Assembly: GCA_963729845.1 (NCBI GenBank)
Contig: CAVSQC010000013.1
Span: 23,261-87,260 of the forward strand
Source of the DNA: an uncultured Alphaproteobacteria bacterium
Lineage (GTDB): Bacteria > Pseudomonadota > Alphaproteobacteria > ATCC43930 > CGMCC-115725
Reading direction: 5' to 3'
Length of the DNA: 64,000 bases
In this document: piece after piece, positions 38,561-47,716 of the stretch
Numbering within the stretch: position 1 is the first letter of the stretch
How the letters are laid out: each line of letters opens with the position of its first letter
Program-made: the position numbers and the translations under genes
The notes under the pieces: model-generated
What the model saw: only the letters and a program-made list of their open reading frames with translations
Databases searched by the model: none
Told to the model about the DNA's origin: nothing

Positions 38561-40468
38561 TCAAAAGCCGAACATGTGGTCGAGGCTGAATTCCCCCTGC
38601 GACCCGAGCAAGCCATGATAGCCGAAAAGCCGGCAGGTCAAATCTCGAATCAAGACGAAACCGCCCTTTGCCCGATCGCGGTCGGCGGCGCCGAACATGT
38701 CGCCGTAGCGCCAGAACAGCGAGCCGGAGCAGGGAATCGCGACGCGCTTCGTGGCGATGTCGCGGCCAAATCGGTCATGAAGGATCAGATCGGTGGCGCT
38801 CTGCGGCAGCCATGGCGTCGAGGCCGGGTAGATCAAATGGCAGATCGTGTCGTAGGGGGGATCGCCGAGCCGCAAATAAAGCCGCGTCGACAGGCCCGGC
38901 GCGCGTCCCGAATAGGATTGCGGCTCGTCCTTGTAGGTCAGCGCGGTGTTGAACATGTGGGCGCCGAAACTAGTATCGGCCTGGTGGCCGCTGACGCGGT
39001 GCTCGTAGCGGAACAGCGCATGCAGCCAACCGTCGCCGCTGCCGCCGCCGGCAAAGTCGTAAATCAATTCGGCATGGCCGAATCCGCCGGGCAACGCGAC
39101 TCCGTCGAGCGTGCCGTCGAGATCGACCGCGATCGATTCGTCGCGCCGGAGCCGGCCCAGCGGCACGCGCGTCGTTTCGGCGCCCGATGCGTCGTAGACC
39201 AGCAGCGCGAGCGGCAATTCCGTTTGCGACCGCGCCATCGGTGTCGGCTGGATCACGGTGCGCCAAGTGTCGCGGGGCAGGATCGGCGCGGGCAGCAGGT
39301 AGCCCTTGCCCATCAGATTGCCGAGCTCGGCCAATTTCGGATCAGGCCGTAGATCGGTGCGCTCGACATTGACATGGGCGATGCGCCGCTTGCGGCCGCG
39401 CTCGATTTCGTAGCGCGGCCTGACAAAATATTTTCCGGCGTTGATTTCGAATTGCTGCGGCCAGCGCGCTTCCGGCCATAGCGCGCCGATATCGACCGCG
39501 ACGCTGGCGAACGGCGCGATCTCCTTGTCGAACCGGCGGGTTTCGGCGTGCCCCATCAAATTGATGGCGACCGCGCCGGCCGGAATCGGGCAGGACAGGC
39601 TGTTCTGCACCCATAGCGTGACCCGCTCGCCCACGTCCGGCGCCGGCAGTCCGGCATAGAAATCGGCGGGCCAGGAATTGGCGTCGTGGGTGCAGGACAG
39701 GCTCGCCTTCGCGCCATCGCCGTACGTGTCGAGGGCGTATTTCACGACGTCGTGCCCGGCGATGCCGACGGCATGAACGAACAATTGGCCGGTAAATTCG
39801 GGCAGACCGAATTTGGCGCGGATGGCGTGGCTGTCGAGCATCACCGCGCCGTCCGGCGGCACGTCCTCGCGCCATTGCGCCAGCTCGTTGCCGTCGCGGT
39901 CGTAAAGGGCCAGCCACAACGACACGGCGCGCGCGCCATACCCGGTCCAGTAATTGCCCGTCGACAGCCGGGTGTGGAAACCCGCCTCGTCGCGGAAGAA
40001 GACGAAATTGGTGGCGAAATTGATGCCGTCGAGATAGCGCGCCGAATTTGACAGCAACTCGTCGGGCAACCGGATCGCGTCGAGGCTCAGCACATCCGCG
40101 TTCGCCGGCAGGAGTGGCGCGAGTTTTTCCACGATGCGGCCGGCATCGAACGCGGCGACGAACACGGTTCGTGCGTTCGCGGCGCGCAGCTCGGTTACCG
40201 GAAGCGCCGCGCGCCCGAGAATCGCTTGCCCGATCAGGGTGACATCTTGGACATAGACCGAAATATCGAGGTCCTTCAGGCCGTGGATTTCGCCGAGCCC
40301 ACCGGCCACGCCGTCAGGATCGAAAATCGCCACCGCGTGGCCGCGCAATCGCGGCAGCAATCCCGCCATGGCCTTGGCCGCCAACGGATGGGTGACCGCC
40401 TTGAAAAACGCATTGCCCCCGCGGACATTGCTGAAAGTTTCGATGCTAAGCGCCATGAATCCCATCAA
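38561..40468 (-). CDS. Large conserved-looking hypothetical protein (635 aa)
   Basis: Uninterrupted, with non-shadow amino-acid composition. Sits 9 nt upstream of trxB and 23 nt downstream of lrp. I recognise no domain. Confidence 0.6.
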   Translation of the reverse strand: MMGFMALSIETFSNVRGGNAFFKAVTHPLAAKAMAGLLPRLRGHAVAIFDPDGVAGGLGEIHGLKDLDISVYVQDVTLIGQAILGRAALPVTELRAANARTVFVAAFDAGRIVEKLAPLLPANADVLSLDAIRLPDELLSNSARYLDGINFATNFVFFRDEAGFHTRLSTGNYWTGYGARAVSLWLALYDRDGNELAQWREDVPPDGAVMLDSHAIRAKFGLPEFTGQLFVHAVGIAGHDVVKYALDTYGDGAKASLSCTHDANSWPADFYAGLPAPDVGERVTLWVQNSLSCPIPAGAVAINLMGHAETRRFDKEIAPFASVAVDIGALWPEARWPQQFEINAGKYFVRPRYEIERGRKRRIAHVNVERTDLRPDPKLAELGNLMGKGYLLPAPILPRDTWRTVIQPTPMARSQTELPLALLVYDASGAETTRVPLGRLRRDESIAVDLDGTLDGVALPGGFGHAELIYDFAGGGSGDGWLHALFRYEHRVSGHQADTSFGAHMFNTALTYKDEPQSYSGRAPGLSTRLYLRLGDPPYDTICHLIYPASTPWLPQSATDLILHDRFGRDIATKRVAIPCSGSLFWRYGDMFGAADRDRAKGGFVLIRDLTCRLFGYHGLLGSQGEFSLDHMFGF

Positions 40469-40491
40469 TTAGCAATCGGGGGGACCGAATG

Positions 40492-40989
40492 CTAGGCTGG
40501 CGCTTCCTGTTCGGTTTCGACCGCGATCGGCACGCCCGGCAGATATTTTGCCGCGCGGATCGCCAGGGCCGAACGGACATGGGCGACATTCGGCGCCGCG
40601 GTCAACCGCGTCGTCAGGAAGCGCTGATAAGAATCCCAGTCGGTCGCGACGATCTTGAGGAGGAAGTCGGTTTCGCCCGCCAGCATGTGGGTCTCCCGCA
40701 CCTCGTCCCAGCCCAGCGTGAGCTGCTCGAAAGCGCGCAGATCCGGCTCGGCCTGGCTTTGCAGGCCCACCAGCGCGAACACCGTGACCCCGAAACCCAG
40801 CTCCTCCGGATCGAGGTCGGCGTGATAGCCGCGGATAACCTTCGCTTCCTCCAACGCCCGCACCCGGCGCAAGCAAGGCGGCGCCGAAATGCCGGCGCGC
40901 TTCGCCAACTCGACGTTGGTGGTGCGGCCATCCTCTTGCAGGTCGCGCAGAATTTGGCGGTCGATCCGGTCGAGCTTTACGCGGCGCAT
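40492..40989 (-). CDS. lrp: Lrp/AsnC-family transcriptional regulator
   Basis: MRRVKLDRIDRQILRDLQEDGRTTNVELAKRAGISAPPCLRRV HTH plus a RAM domain. ATG at 40989. Confidence 0.88.
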   Translation of the reverse strand: MRRVKLDRIDRQILRDLQEDGRTTNVELAKRAGISAPPCLRRVRALEEAKVIRGYHADLDPEELGFGVTVFALVGLQSQAEPDLRAFEQLTLGWDEVRETHMLAGETDFLLKIVATDWDSYQRFLTTRLTAAPNVAHVRSALAIRAAKYLPGVPIAVETEQEAPA

Positions 40990-41154
40990 GATTGGTCCCT
41001 TTGGTCGACAAACCGCCGTCGGCGACGACGTTACCGGGCGATTCGTGGCGGCGGTTGTTCGCCTTCCCCCGAACGCAATTATATTGCAAAGGTTAGGCCG
41101 CGCGACACATCTTGCGGAGCCGACCGGCGCCCCGCGAACCACGAACGACAGGAC

Positions 41155-42126
41155 ATGTCAAACCCGCCGATTGTCTGGGCGCTTCACGACGGCAAGCCCG
41201 GCATGGCCAGCCAGGCGATGGGCCTGGCGGAAGCGTTGAATGTTCCGGTCGTCGAAAAGCGTCTCGCGGTGCGGGCGCCGTGGCGCCATCTGCCGCCGCA
41301 ATTATGGCTGCGCCCATTTGCCGCGCTTAGCGACGATGGCGACCGGCTCGCGCCGCCCTGGCCCGATATTCTCGTCGGCTGCGGCCGAAGCTCGGTCGCG
41401 CCGGCGTTGGCGGCGAAGCGCGCAAGCGGCGGCGGCATTTTCTGGGTTCAGATCCAGAACCCGCATTTCGCCCGGGACGAGATCGACCTGATGGTCGTGC
41501 CCGCGCACGATCGTGCCGACGGCGCCAACGTCTTCCATACGGTCGGCGCCGTGCATCGCGTCACGCCGGAAAGATTGGCGTTGGCGCGGACGCGCTTCGC
41601 CTTTTTGCTCGGCGATTTGCGGCGTCCCTTGGTGGCGGTGCTGCTGGGTGGCAGCAACCGCGCCTATCGCTTCACGCGATCGCACGCCGAAGATTTCGTC
41701 GCGCAGCTCGTCGCGCTGACGGATCAGGGTTTCGGCCTGGCGATCACGCCGTCGCGGCGCACCGATCCGGCATTGGTCGCGCTGCTCCGCGCGCGGCTCG
41801 CCGCCGGCAAATGCTTCATATGGGACGGGACCGGCGACAATCCGTATTTCGGCCTGTTGGGTTCCGCCGACGCGATCATCGCCACCGCGGATTCCGTATC
41901 GATGGTGAGCGAAGCGGCGGCGACCGGAAAGCCGGTCCATATCGTCGATCTCGATGGCGGCTCCGCCAAGTTCGACCGTTTCCACGAAGCGATGCGCAAG
42001 GCGGGGGTGACGCGGCCCTTCACCGGCGCGATCGAGCAATGGCGTTACGATCCGCCCGACGATACCGCGCGCGCCGCCGCCGAGATCAAGCGCCGCTTCG
42101 CGCAGCGCGCGGCAAAGGCGGCATGA
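41155..42126 (+). CDS. ELM1/DUF1022-family protein (putative glycosyltransferase-like)
   Basis: VWALHDGKPGMASQAMGLAEAL, LLGGSNRAYRFT and ITPSRRT motifs. Confidence 0.75.
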   Translation: MSNPPIVWALHDGKPGMASQAMGLAEALNVPVVEKRLAVRAPWRHLPPQLWLRPFAALSDDGDRLAPPWPDILVGCGRSSVAPALAAKRASGGGIFWVQIQNPHFARDEIDLMVVPAHDRADGANVFHTVGAVHRVTPERLALARTRFAFLLGDLRRPLVAVLLGGSNRAYRFTRSHAEDFVAQLVALTDQGFGLAITPSRRTDPALVALLRARLAAGKCFIWDGTGDNPYFGLLGSADAIIATADSVSMVSEAAATGKPVHIVDLDGGSAKFDRFHEAMRKAGVTRPFTGAIEQWRYDPPDDTARAAAEIKRRFAQRAAKAA

Positions 42127-42127
42127 G

Positions 42128-43422
42128 GTGACGGAGCGTCGCGGCCTCGCCGTTTTATGGCGCAATCGTCGCGATCGCGGCAGTGCTTTTCACCCTCATG
42201 CCGCGGCTCGATCTCGGGGTGGCGGGCTGGTTCTATCGCGGGCGATTTTTCCTCGCCGACGATGGGGTGCTGCACGTCCTCTTTCATCTCGTCTATTGGG
42301 TGACCGACGCGCTGGCGGTGTTGTTGCCCTTGGCGTTGGCGATCATCTTGATTCGCAAGCGGCCGGTCTTCGGCCTCGATTGGCTGGCCGCGACCTTCTT
42401 GATCGTGTCGCTCGCGATCGGTCCCGGGCTGGTGGTCAACACCGCGCTCAAGGATCATTGGGGCAGGGCGCGGCCGAGCCAGATCGTCGAATTCGGCGGC
42501 GTCAAGCAGTTCACGCCGGCGCTCGAGCCGAGCGACCAGTGCGACCGCAACTGCTCTTTTCCCGCCGGCCATCCGGCCATCGGCTTTTATTTTGTTTCGT
42601 TCGCTTTGCTGATCCCGGCGATGCGGCGGCGGCGGATCGTGTTCGGGGCCGCGATCGTAGCCGGCGCTCTCCTGGGCCTGATGCGGATGGCGCAGGGCGC
42701 GCATTTTTTGTCGGATGTCGTGTTTTCCGGATTGATCGTGGTCGGGGTCGCTTGGCTGTGCCACGATCTGATCGTGCGGCGCGGCGGCATCGCGGCGCTG
42801 TCGGGCGCGTGGCGGCTTGTCGCCATCGGCGTGGTCTGCTTCCTCGTCGGCGCCGCCTCGTATTTTTTCTACGACCGGCCCGTGGCGGCGTTCGCGCACG
42901 GGCTCGATTTGCGCATTCATCCCGCCGCCGCCTTCATCACCCGATTCGGCTACTCCGACGGTTATCTGATCCTCAGCGCGCGTCGCCTTTGTGGTGTTCT
43001 ATTTCATTTTGCGGCGCTGGCGCGATCAGGCATGGCGCGCGGCCTTCATGTTCATCAATGTCGCGCTGTCGGGTCTCGCGGTCGACGTGGTGAAATGGAT
43101 TGTCGGGCGCGCGCGGCCGTCCTTGTTCTTCCATGACGGGATTTACGGCTTCACCTGGTTCGCGGCGCGCGCCGATCATTGGTCCTTTCCCTCCGGTCAC
43201 GGCCAGACCGCGAGCGCGCTCGCCCTGTCGCTGACCACGTTCTGGCCGCGGTTCTGGCCGGTGTGGTGGCTGGCGGCGGTGCTGGTGATGGCGAGCCGGC
43301 TGGTGCTGGGCGCGCATTACCTGAGCGATCTGCTCGGCGGGTTCTATATCGCGTTGGCGGTATGGTGGGGCGTGCGCGCCTGGTTCGCGCGACAGGGCCT
43401 GCCGCTCAGGGAAAACCCTTGA
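42128..43422 (+). pseudogene. Tandem double PAP2-family phosphatase, frame break near 42980 (and possibly at the TTTT run at 42153-42156)
   Basis: First PAP2 has KDHWGRARP ... PAGH ... AQGAHFLSD. Second has GRARP ... PSGH ... VLGAHYLSD, in ORF 42991-43422. Confidence 0.75.
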
Positions 43423-44941
43423 AGCCTTTCAGATAATAGACCGCGTAGTGGCGCTGTTCCGCCGGCGACGCGACCGCGCCGTGCCGGCCGATGAAAATGG
43501 TGATGGTCTCGGGCGGCCCGACTTGGTTGAAACGGGCGAGAATGGGCGCGACGTTCCCCGGATTTTGGCTCACCAACAGGAAATCGGCGCCGAGATCGAG
43601 GGCCGGACGCTGCGTCAGCTCGAACTGATCGTGGATGGCGCCGGTGGGATTCCATTCGAGCGCGTTGAGCGGATGCGGCTCGACATAGAACATCAGCGCC
43701 GCCAAGAGCTCGCGGTCGTCGGCCATGAGGATCGCGCCCCGGTGCCGCGCCAGCTCCGACGACACGGCGCGGCCGAGGGTTCGCCAGCCCTGGAGCCGAT
43801 GCAGCGGGTCGTATTTGACCGGCAGCGTCACGCCGGCGAGCGCCGCGATATTGCGCAGGCCGATCCCGACCAGCAGCGCCGCGGCGAGATGCAACGCCAG
43901 CGACACGATGACGACGATGCGTCTTCCCTCGGCCAGCAGCCACGCCACGACGAGGATGGTCGCGGCGATGTAGGACGGCGCCGCCCAGTTGGCTTGGGCG
44001 CGCGACAACAGGCTCAAGCCGAGCATCAAGGCCAGCGGCGGCAAGGTGAAACAGAGCAGCAAGGCGGCGCGGCGGTCCTTTATCGTTCGGCCCGCCAGAA
44101 CGATCATGGCGATCAGCGCGGCGAACAACAGCGGTCCGAACACGCCGAACTGCGCGCCGAAAAATTCCAACAGATGCTCGGGGTAGAGCAGCGCGCCGCC
44201 GAGCGCGGCGTTGGCCTCGGTGTGGCGATAGCTCACGAAGCCGTTGCCGAAATTCCATAACAAGTTCGGCGCGTAGAAAATCAGGCCGAGCGCGGTCGCG
44301 CCCAGCAGCATCGGCAGATGCCGGCGTTCGTCGCGAAACAGGCCGACGAAAATGAAGGCGCATAAAAGCCAATAGGCCATCGCGTATTTCGACAAGAGGC
44401 CCAGGCCGATCGCGATGCCGACCACGAGCCACCAGCGCCGGTCGTCGCTGGCGCGGGCCCGCAGAAACGCGAACAGCGCCACCGCCCAGCACAGCAGCAT
44501 CGGCGCGTCGGTCGACATGATCGTCGCCGACACCGTGACGCCGGGCAGGGCCGCGTAGGTCACCGCGGACCAGAATCCGGTCCGCGGATCGTAGAGCAGC
44601 CGCGCGCATCCGTAGACCGTCATGGCGGTGCCGAAGTGCAGCAGCGGCGACAACAGCCGCACCGCCGGTCCGTTGTCGCCGAAGATGCCGGTCGCGGCGG
44701 CAATCAGCCACGCCACCATCGGCGGCTTCGAGTAGTAGCCCCAATCGAGATGCTGCGCCCACACCCAGTACTGCGCCTCGTCCGGGTAGAGATCGGTGCG
44801 GTCCAGCGCCAGCCATGCGAGGCGCGCCACCGTCAGCACGAACACCGACCACAGCGCCCAGCGGAACATGCGCTCGTCTTCGGTTTCGGGCGGAATGGCG
44901 CGGACGGGACGGGCGGCGGGGCGGTCGGGACGGCGGGCCAT
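43406..44941 (-). CDS. ArnT-like glycosyltransferase family 39 (undecaprenyl-phosphate-sugar dependent)
   Basis: About 12 TM segments. DEAQYWVWAQHLDWGYYSKPP motif. Start uncertain (44986, 44941 or 44869). Confidence 0.8.
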   Translation of the reverse strand: MARRPDRPAARPVRAIPPETEDERMFRWALWSVFVLTVARLAWLALDRTDLYPDEAQYWVWAQHLDWGYYSKPPMVAWLIAAATGIFGDNGPAVRLLSPLLHFGTAMTVYGCARLLYDPRTGFWSAVTYAALPGVTVSATIMSTDAPMLLCWAVALFAFLRARASDDRRWWLVVGIAIGLGLLSKYAMAYWLLCAFIFVGLFRDERRHLPMLLGATALGLIFYAPNLLWNFGNGFVSYRHTEANAALGGALLYPEHLLEFFGAQFGVFGPLLFAALIAMIVLAGRTIKDRRAALLLCFTLPPLALMLGLSLLSRAQANWAAPSYIAATILVVAWLLAEGRRIVVIVSLALHLAAALLVGIGLRNIAALAGVTLPVKYDPLHRLQGWRTLGRAVSSELARHRGAILMADDRELLAALMFYVEPHPLNALEWNPTGAIHDQFELTQRPALDLGADFLLVSQNPGNVAPILARFNQVGPPETITIFIGRHGAVASPAEQRHYAVYYLKGFKGFP

Positions 44942-45054
44942 GGCGGGCGGCGAGCCTAAAGCATGTCGGCGGGAATGTTCGCGCAAAAAAAGGGCGCCGG
45001 AAGGCGCCCCCCAAGTCGCGGCGTTCTATCGTGCCGCTTATTCCGGGAATGACC

Positions 45055-45435
45055 TTACTTCGCCACGGCGAGCGCTTCCAGTTGCAATAGCACGCCGCCG
45101 CGTAAATTCTGCACCAGCGAATGCCGCGCCGGGCGGTGATGCTCGTCGGGATAGACTTCGAGCCAGTACTTGTTGATGGCGCTGCGATGCGCGTCGTCGA
45201 GCAGGAACACGGTCAGTTTGACCACGTCGCCCCAATCCATGCCGCCTTCCTTCAGGATGTTGCCCATGTTCTGGAAGGCGAATTTGGCCTGCGCGTCGGC
45301 GCCTTCCGCGACCTTGCCGGTCGACGGGTCGATGCCGCTGACGCCGCCGGTGGCGAGGATGTTGCCGACCCGCGCGCCGAGCGGGATCGGCGCGTTGTGG
45401 CTGACGCCTGGCAGGTGAATGCTTTTCTGACGCAT
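45055..45435 (-). CDS. RidA/YjgF-family protein
   Basis: GGGAGG SD 6 nt before ATG 45435. 126 aa with typical RidA length and C-terminal pattern. Confidence 0.8.
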   Translation of the reverse strand: MRQKSIHLPGVSHNAPIPLGARVGNILATGGVSGIDPSTGKVAEGADAQAKFAFQNMGNILKEGGMDWGDVVKLTVFLLDDAHRSAINKYWLEVYPDEHHRPARHSLVQNLRGGVLLQLEALAVAK

Positions 45436-45492
45436 GCGATGCCTCCCTGTTTGACCGATTGCCGCGGCAATCGACATTAAAGGAAAATTTAA

Positions 45493-46490
45493 TCAGCCCC
45501 AGCGCACGAAACCCAGGCCCGTGCCGGTCAGCGCCGGCGTGCGATAGCCCGGGATATAGTCCGCCCAGGTGATTTTCATGCCGGTGCCCGCGACCGCGCC
45601 GGCGACGACCAGCCAGTTGCGGATCTCCGACGTGCCGGCCTGCAGCCGCTTCGGCGTCAGCTTCGCGAGCCAGTCGAGATCGCCGCGCTTCAACGCGTCG
45701 ATGACGCCGTGGTCGAGCTTTTCGTCCACCACGAAATGCGACAGGCCGCCCGAGCCGAGGAAACCGACGCGGATGTTATCGGGATAGCTCTGGATGAGTT
45801 TCCCGATCTCCTTGCCGAGCTCGATGCAGCGCTCCGGCGTCGGCGGGTTCGGCTCGTAGTAGGTGTTGACGAAGATCGGCACGATCGGCAGCCGATGGCC
45901 CTTCAGGTAGCGCCGGTGGATGAAGGAATAGGCGTGGCCCTCGGATTGGCCCGGCGTCATCGCGCTGATCGCGGTGATGTCGAATTTCCGTCTCGGTCAG
46001 GCCTTGGATCAAATGCTTCGCCAGGCCGGCATGGACCGGATACTCGACGTCGGCGCCATCCTCTTTGCGGCGCTGTTGCGCGCGGTGATACCAGTCGTCG
46101 GGCGGACAGGTCGGTGCGCGCCTTGGTGTTGCGGATGGTCTCGCCGTAATAGATCGCGATCGCGGGATTGTGCTGCGGCGGGAACAGTTCGTGCTGGTCG
46201 TCGCCGACGATGATCAGCGCGTCGAGCTGCGCGCTTTGGATCTCGTCGCGCATGTGATCCATCGTCGCCTGGGTCTTGTGCCAGCGCTTCGAGATCGCGT
46301 CCGGCGCGATCAGCGGCGCCGCATGATCGGCGAACTTCGTCACCAGCTCGTCGTACGAGATCAGGTCGCCGTTGAAATCGTGATGCGTCATGCGCTTGTC
46401 GGAGGGCGGGAATTTGCCGACCCAGTCCTCCTCCTGGCACACCAGCATGACGCTGTGCGATGAACCGAAGGCCGCCGCGAATGTCGCCAT
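45493..46490 (-). pseudogene. Class III extradiol ring-cleavage dioxygenase (LigB family), two frame breaks (~46095, ~45975)
   Basis: Segments ...IIVGDDQHELF..., DDWYHRAQQRRKEDGADVEYPVHAGLAKHLIQG and GQSEGHAYSFIHRRY...GSGGLSH lie in three frames. Confidence 0.7.
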
Positions 46491-46513
46491 GCCCGCTCCC
46501 TCCTATCCGCCCC

Positions 46514-47636
46514 TCAATCGCCCCAGACGTCGCGCGCCGTGTCCACGATCAGCTTCAGTTTCGCGATCTCTTCCTCAACCGTGATCTTATTGCCTTCGAG
46601 CGTCGAGGAAAATCCGCATTGCGGGCTCAGCGCCAGTTGCTCCAGCGGCAGGAATTTGGCCGCCTCGTCGATGCGCCGCTTCAGCTCGTCCTTGGTCTCG
46701 AGCTTGCCCTTCTTGGTCGTGACCAGGCCCAGCACCACCACTTTGCCCTTGGGCACGAAGCGCAACGGCTCGAACCCGCCGGCGCGCGCTGAATCGTATT
46801 CGAGGAAATAGCCGGTGATGTCGATTTCGTTGAACAGCGTCTCGGCCACCGGCTCGTAGCCGCCCGGACGCGACCCAGGCGCTGGCGGCGTTGCCGCGGC
46901 AGAGATGCATGCACACCGTCATGTTCGCGGGCTTGCCGGCGATGGAATTGTTGATGAGCCGCGCATACGTGTGCGGCAGCTTCTCCGGGTCCTCGCCGAT
47001 CTGGCGCACCTGCTCGCGCAGGTTCGGATCGCACAGATAGGCGAAATTGGTCTCGTCGATCTGCAAATAGGTGCAGCCGTTGCGGCCGAGATCGGCGATC
47101 TCCTCGGAATAGACGCGGGCGAGGTCGGTGTAGAACTCCTCGATGTCCGGGTACGCCGTCTCGTCCACCGATTTGCGTCCGCCGCGGAAATGCATCAGCG
47201 ACGGCGAGGGAATCGTGATTTTCGGCACTCTTTTGGTGACGGATTTGAGATAATTGAAGGCGTCGATGAAGATCGGCCGCGGCCGCGACAATTTGCCGGC
47301 GACGAACAGGCCAGGCGGGATCATCTCGGTGGCGCCTTCCTCGGTGTGGAAGCGCATCTTCACCGTGGTCGGCACGATCTTGACGTTGGCGAAGCTGACC
47401 AGGAAATCGCGTTGCCAGCCGGAACGCGAATATTCGCCATCGGTCACCGATTTGAAGCCGATTTCCTCCTGCATCTTCACCACGTCGCGGATCGCAGCGT
47501 GCTCGATCTCGTGGAATTTCTCCTCAGAGATTTCCTTCTTGTCGCGCGCCTTGTAGGCGTCGACCAGGGCCTGCGGCTTTTTCAGACTGCCGACCTGGTC
47601 GGCGCGAAACGGCGGCGTATTGCGGGGAAGCGGCAT
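46514..47636 (-). pseudogene. Cobalamin-independent methionine synthase (MetE C-terminal domain) family protein, frame break near 46872
   Basis: FRADQVGSLKKP ... HLCRGN in one frame. GYEPVAETLFNEIDITGYFLEYD ... SPQCGF in ORF 46514-46849. Confidence 0.8.
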
Positions 47637-47716
47637 TGATCCTTCCTTTGGTCCCGCGAAATGTCATATCTTTTCCGGCGAAGCAACGGGAAAAAACACA
47701 GGGGAGAACCGCGCCG

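Noticed and set aside
36321-39352. Very long ORFs of 747 aa (36321-38564, minus) and 855 aa (36785-39352, plus)
   Set aside because: Their composition is Arg/Ala/Gly/Pro-rich with no recognisable motifs. They lie out of frame or antisense to clearly identifiable lysR, trxB and orf635. These are typical GC-rich shadow ORFs.
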